Assembly (NCBI GenBank): GCA_039621445.1
Contig: CP154954.1
Coordinates: 48,773,847 to 48,837,846 of the forward strand
Length of the DNA stretch: 64,000 nt
Reading direction: 5' to 3'
From: Euglena gracilis
Lineage: Eukaryota
The notes beneath the pieces are model-generated. The model worked only from the letters and a program-made list of their open reading frames with translations. It searched no databases and was not told the origin of the DNA. The position numbers and the translations under genes were made by a program. Shown in pieces: positions 63,122 through 64,000 of this stretch (position 1 is its first letter; each line of letters opens with the position of its first letter).

Positions 63122-64000
63122 ACACACCGTGTGTGCATGCGTGCGCGCGTGCTTGCGTGCTTGCGCCTCGTGTGTGCTTGCGTGCCTGTAATTCCTGAAA
63201 AGTTGTCAGTAACAGTGAAACGATCGCCTTTTGTTGACAATGAAATCGGCATTTTTCTGCCAGGAGTTGGTATCCGGCTATTTTTAGTGGAAAGCACAAA
63301 AGTGTAGTTTGATTGCGATGGCAATATTTCACAGCACAATATTACGCCACAGCATCCACTGCAATGCAAAGTACCACACAATGCAATAGCACAACATACC
63401 TGCTGGTGGTGGACCTGGTAGGGGACGGTGAAGCGCAATGCAGAGCGGGATGTACGGGAGCTGAAGTTCACGTGGAACAACAAGGGGGACATGAACGGCG
63501 CCTTCTTTGAGCTGTGTGAAACGGTGCGGTCGGAGATGGTGCCCCTGAGCACGGGGCCGTCGCCAGTTATGGGACGCTTTTATTGTCAATGTTGGGCTTC
63601 TTTCAGCCTTGAAGTTTCTTTTTCGACCTGAGTAACGCATGTTTCGAGACGTTTCAACCGCTTCCAGCGTTGCCCGGCTGGAGAAGGGGAATCGAGACGA
63701 CCGTCGGTGGGGTGGGGGCATTCTGGGCATCCCCTGGAGGCCTGGGAAGACCAGCAACGTCGCACCCCACGGGCCGATGCGAGGCAGTGCTTTTGGTTTC
63801 CCCCTGGGCCCTGTGCCGGCACAAACACTTCTGGGGGGACAGCACCCATCGGGGGGAGCCGGTGAGGTGCGGGTCTCGTCACCCGATCACGGCAAGAGGC
63901 ACTCCCACTGCCCGGGTCGTGCATTGCAAAGGGCTTCTGCAAAGGTGGGCGGAGGAACACGGCGCTGTGGGCCGGCGCTGGCGGAGGAGCAGGTCACGTC
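46116..64000 (+). CDS. JBP1: J-binding protein 1 (thymidine hydroxylase plus J-DNA-binding domain), multi-exon, runs off window end
   Basis: Same hydroxylase exons as copy 1, continuing past 59346 with [24 protein letters not shown], 62595-62669 ([10 protein letters not shown]...), 62861-62923 ([21 protein letters not shown]) and ~63422-63523 ([20 protein letters not shown]). The last two resemble the JBP1 J-DNA-binding domain (WxNxxxMNxAFFxLCE). Exons between 59950 and 62590 not resolved. Confidence 0.88.
46699..46963. mobile_element. Young hAT-like MITE (CAGGGG family), private to copy 2
   Basis: TIR CAGGGGTTTTTTT / AAAAAAACCCCTG; perfect 8-bp TSD ATTTCGAT; empty site GCATTTCGATGCC at ~19511. 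Confidence 0.92.
47791..52225. mobile_element. 4.4-kb non-autonomous TIR element carrying a satellite array, private to copy 2, in JBP1 intron 1
   Basis: Perfect 19-bp TIR CAGGGATGGATGGGAAGCC / GGCTTCCCATCCATCCCTG. Duplicated target TGGGGG (or TGTGGGGG overlapping the terminal TG); empty site ~20310. No recognisable transposase ORF. Confidence 0.85.
48585..51525. repeat. ~160-bp tandem satellite, ~18 units
   Basis: Recurring unit ...GGCCTCCCGGACCCGGAAAAACTGTTTTTGAGCCGAAAACGAGCGTTTTTCGACCCGCCGGCGCCCCGTTTTGGGCCGCCGACCCATTGACTTTGGGTCAAAACCGGGTC... Confidence 0.95.
52765..53690. repeat. Compound (TACA)n-(TACC)n-[MITE]-(TACC)n-(TACA)n microsatellite
   Basis: Seen directly; absent from copy 1. 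Confidence 0.95.
53109..53288. mobile_element. 180-bp TA-flanked MITE inside the (TACC)n tract
   Basis: CCTCCCCCCCCCCATGCCAATGAACAC ... GTGTTCATTGGGCTTGGGGGGGGGGGAGG inverted ends, TA on both sides. Confidence 0.75.
60420..60680. repeat. Single diverged monomer of the 160-bp satellite plus a fragment similar to the left part of the 4.4-kb element
   Basis: GGCCTCCCGGACCCGG...GAGCGTTTTTCGACCC, followed by GCTGAACTCTTATCCGTTTATGGGTA, similar to GCTGAGCTCTTATCCCTTTATGGGTA at ~47843. Confidence 0.7.
61542..61898. mobile_element. TA-flanked MITE in a JBP1 intron
   Basis: TAAACCCCTCCCCCTAATAAGGGCAC ... GTGCACTTATTATGGGGGGGGGGTTA inverted ends. Confidence 0.65.

Overview
Eukaryotic, intron- and repeat-rich DNA, most likely from a euglenid: GC-rich short exons, a mix of GT/GC-AG introns and non-conventional introns of the form N3-CAG...CTG-N5(6), and a JBP1 gene. 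The window holds two diverged tandem copies of one block (copy 1 = <1-26528, copy 2 = 26529-59346). Each carries three + strand multi-exon genes: a GH64 beta-1,3-glucanase, a permuted papain-like NlpC/P60 (YiiX/YaeF-type) amidase and the base-J thymidine hydroxylase JBP1. The junction fuses a JBP1 exon out of frame to a GH64 exon. This leaves a hydroxylase-only JBP1 (copy 1) and a 5'-truncated GH64 (copy 2); the second JBP1 continues into its J-DNA-binding domain and runs off the window. Comparing the copies exposes young non-autonomous DNA elements and four micro-inversions. Most striking: young hAT-like MITEs (CAG...CTG ends, 8-bp target-site duplication) have exactly the geometry of the non-conventional introns (3+5 = 8 nt removed), and some introns still keep a TIR and TSD. 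This points to hAT MITEs as the source of these introns. Exon and intron calls were made by eye without transcript data; homopolymer lengths may be unreliable.
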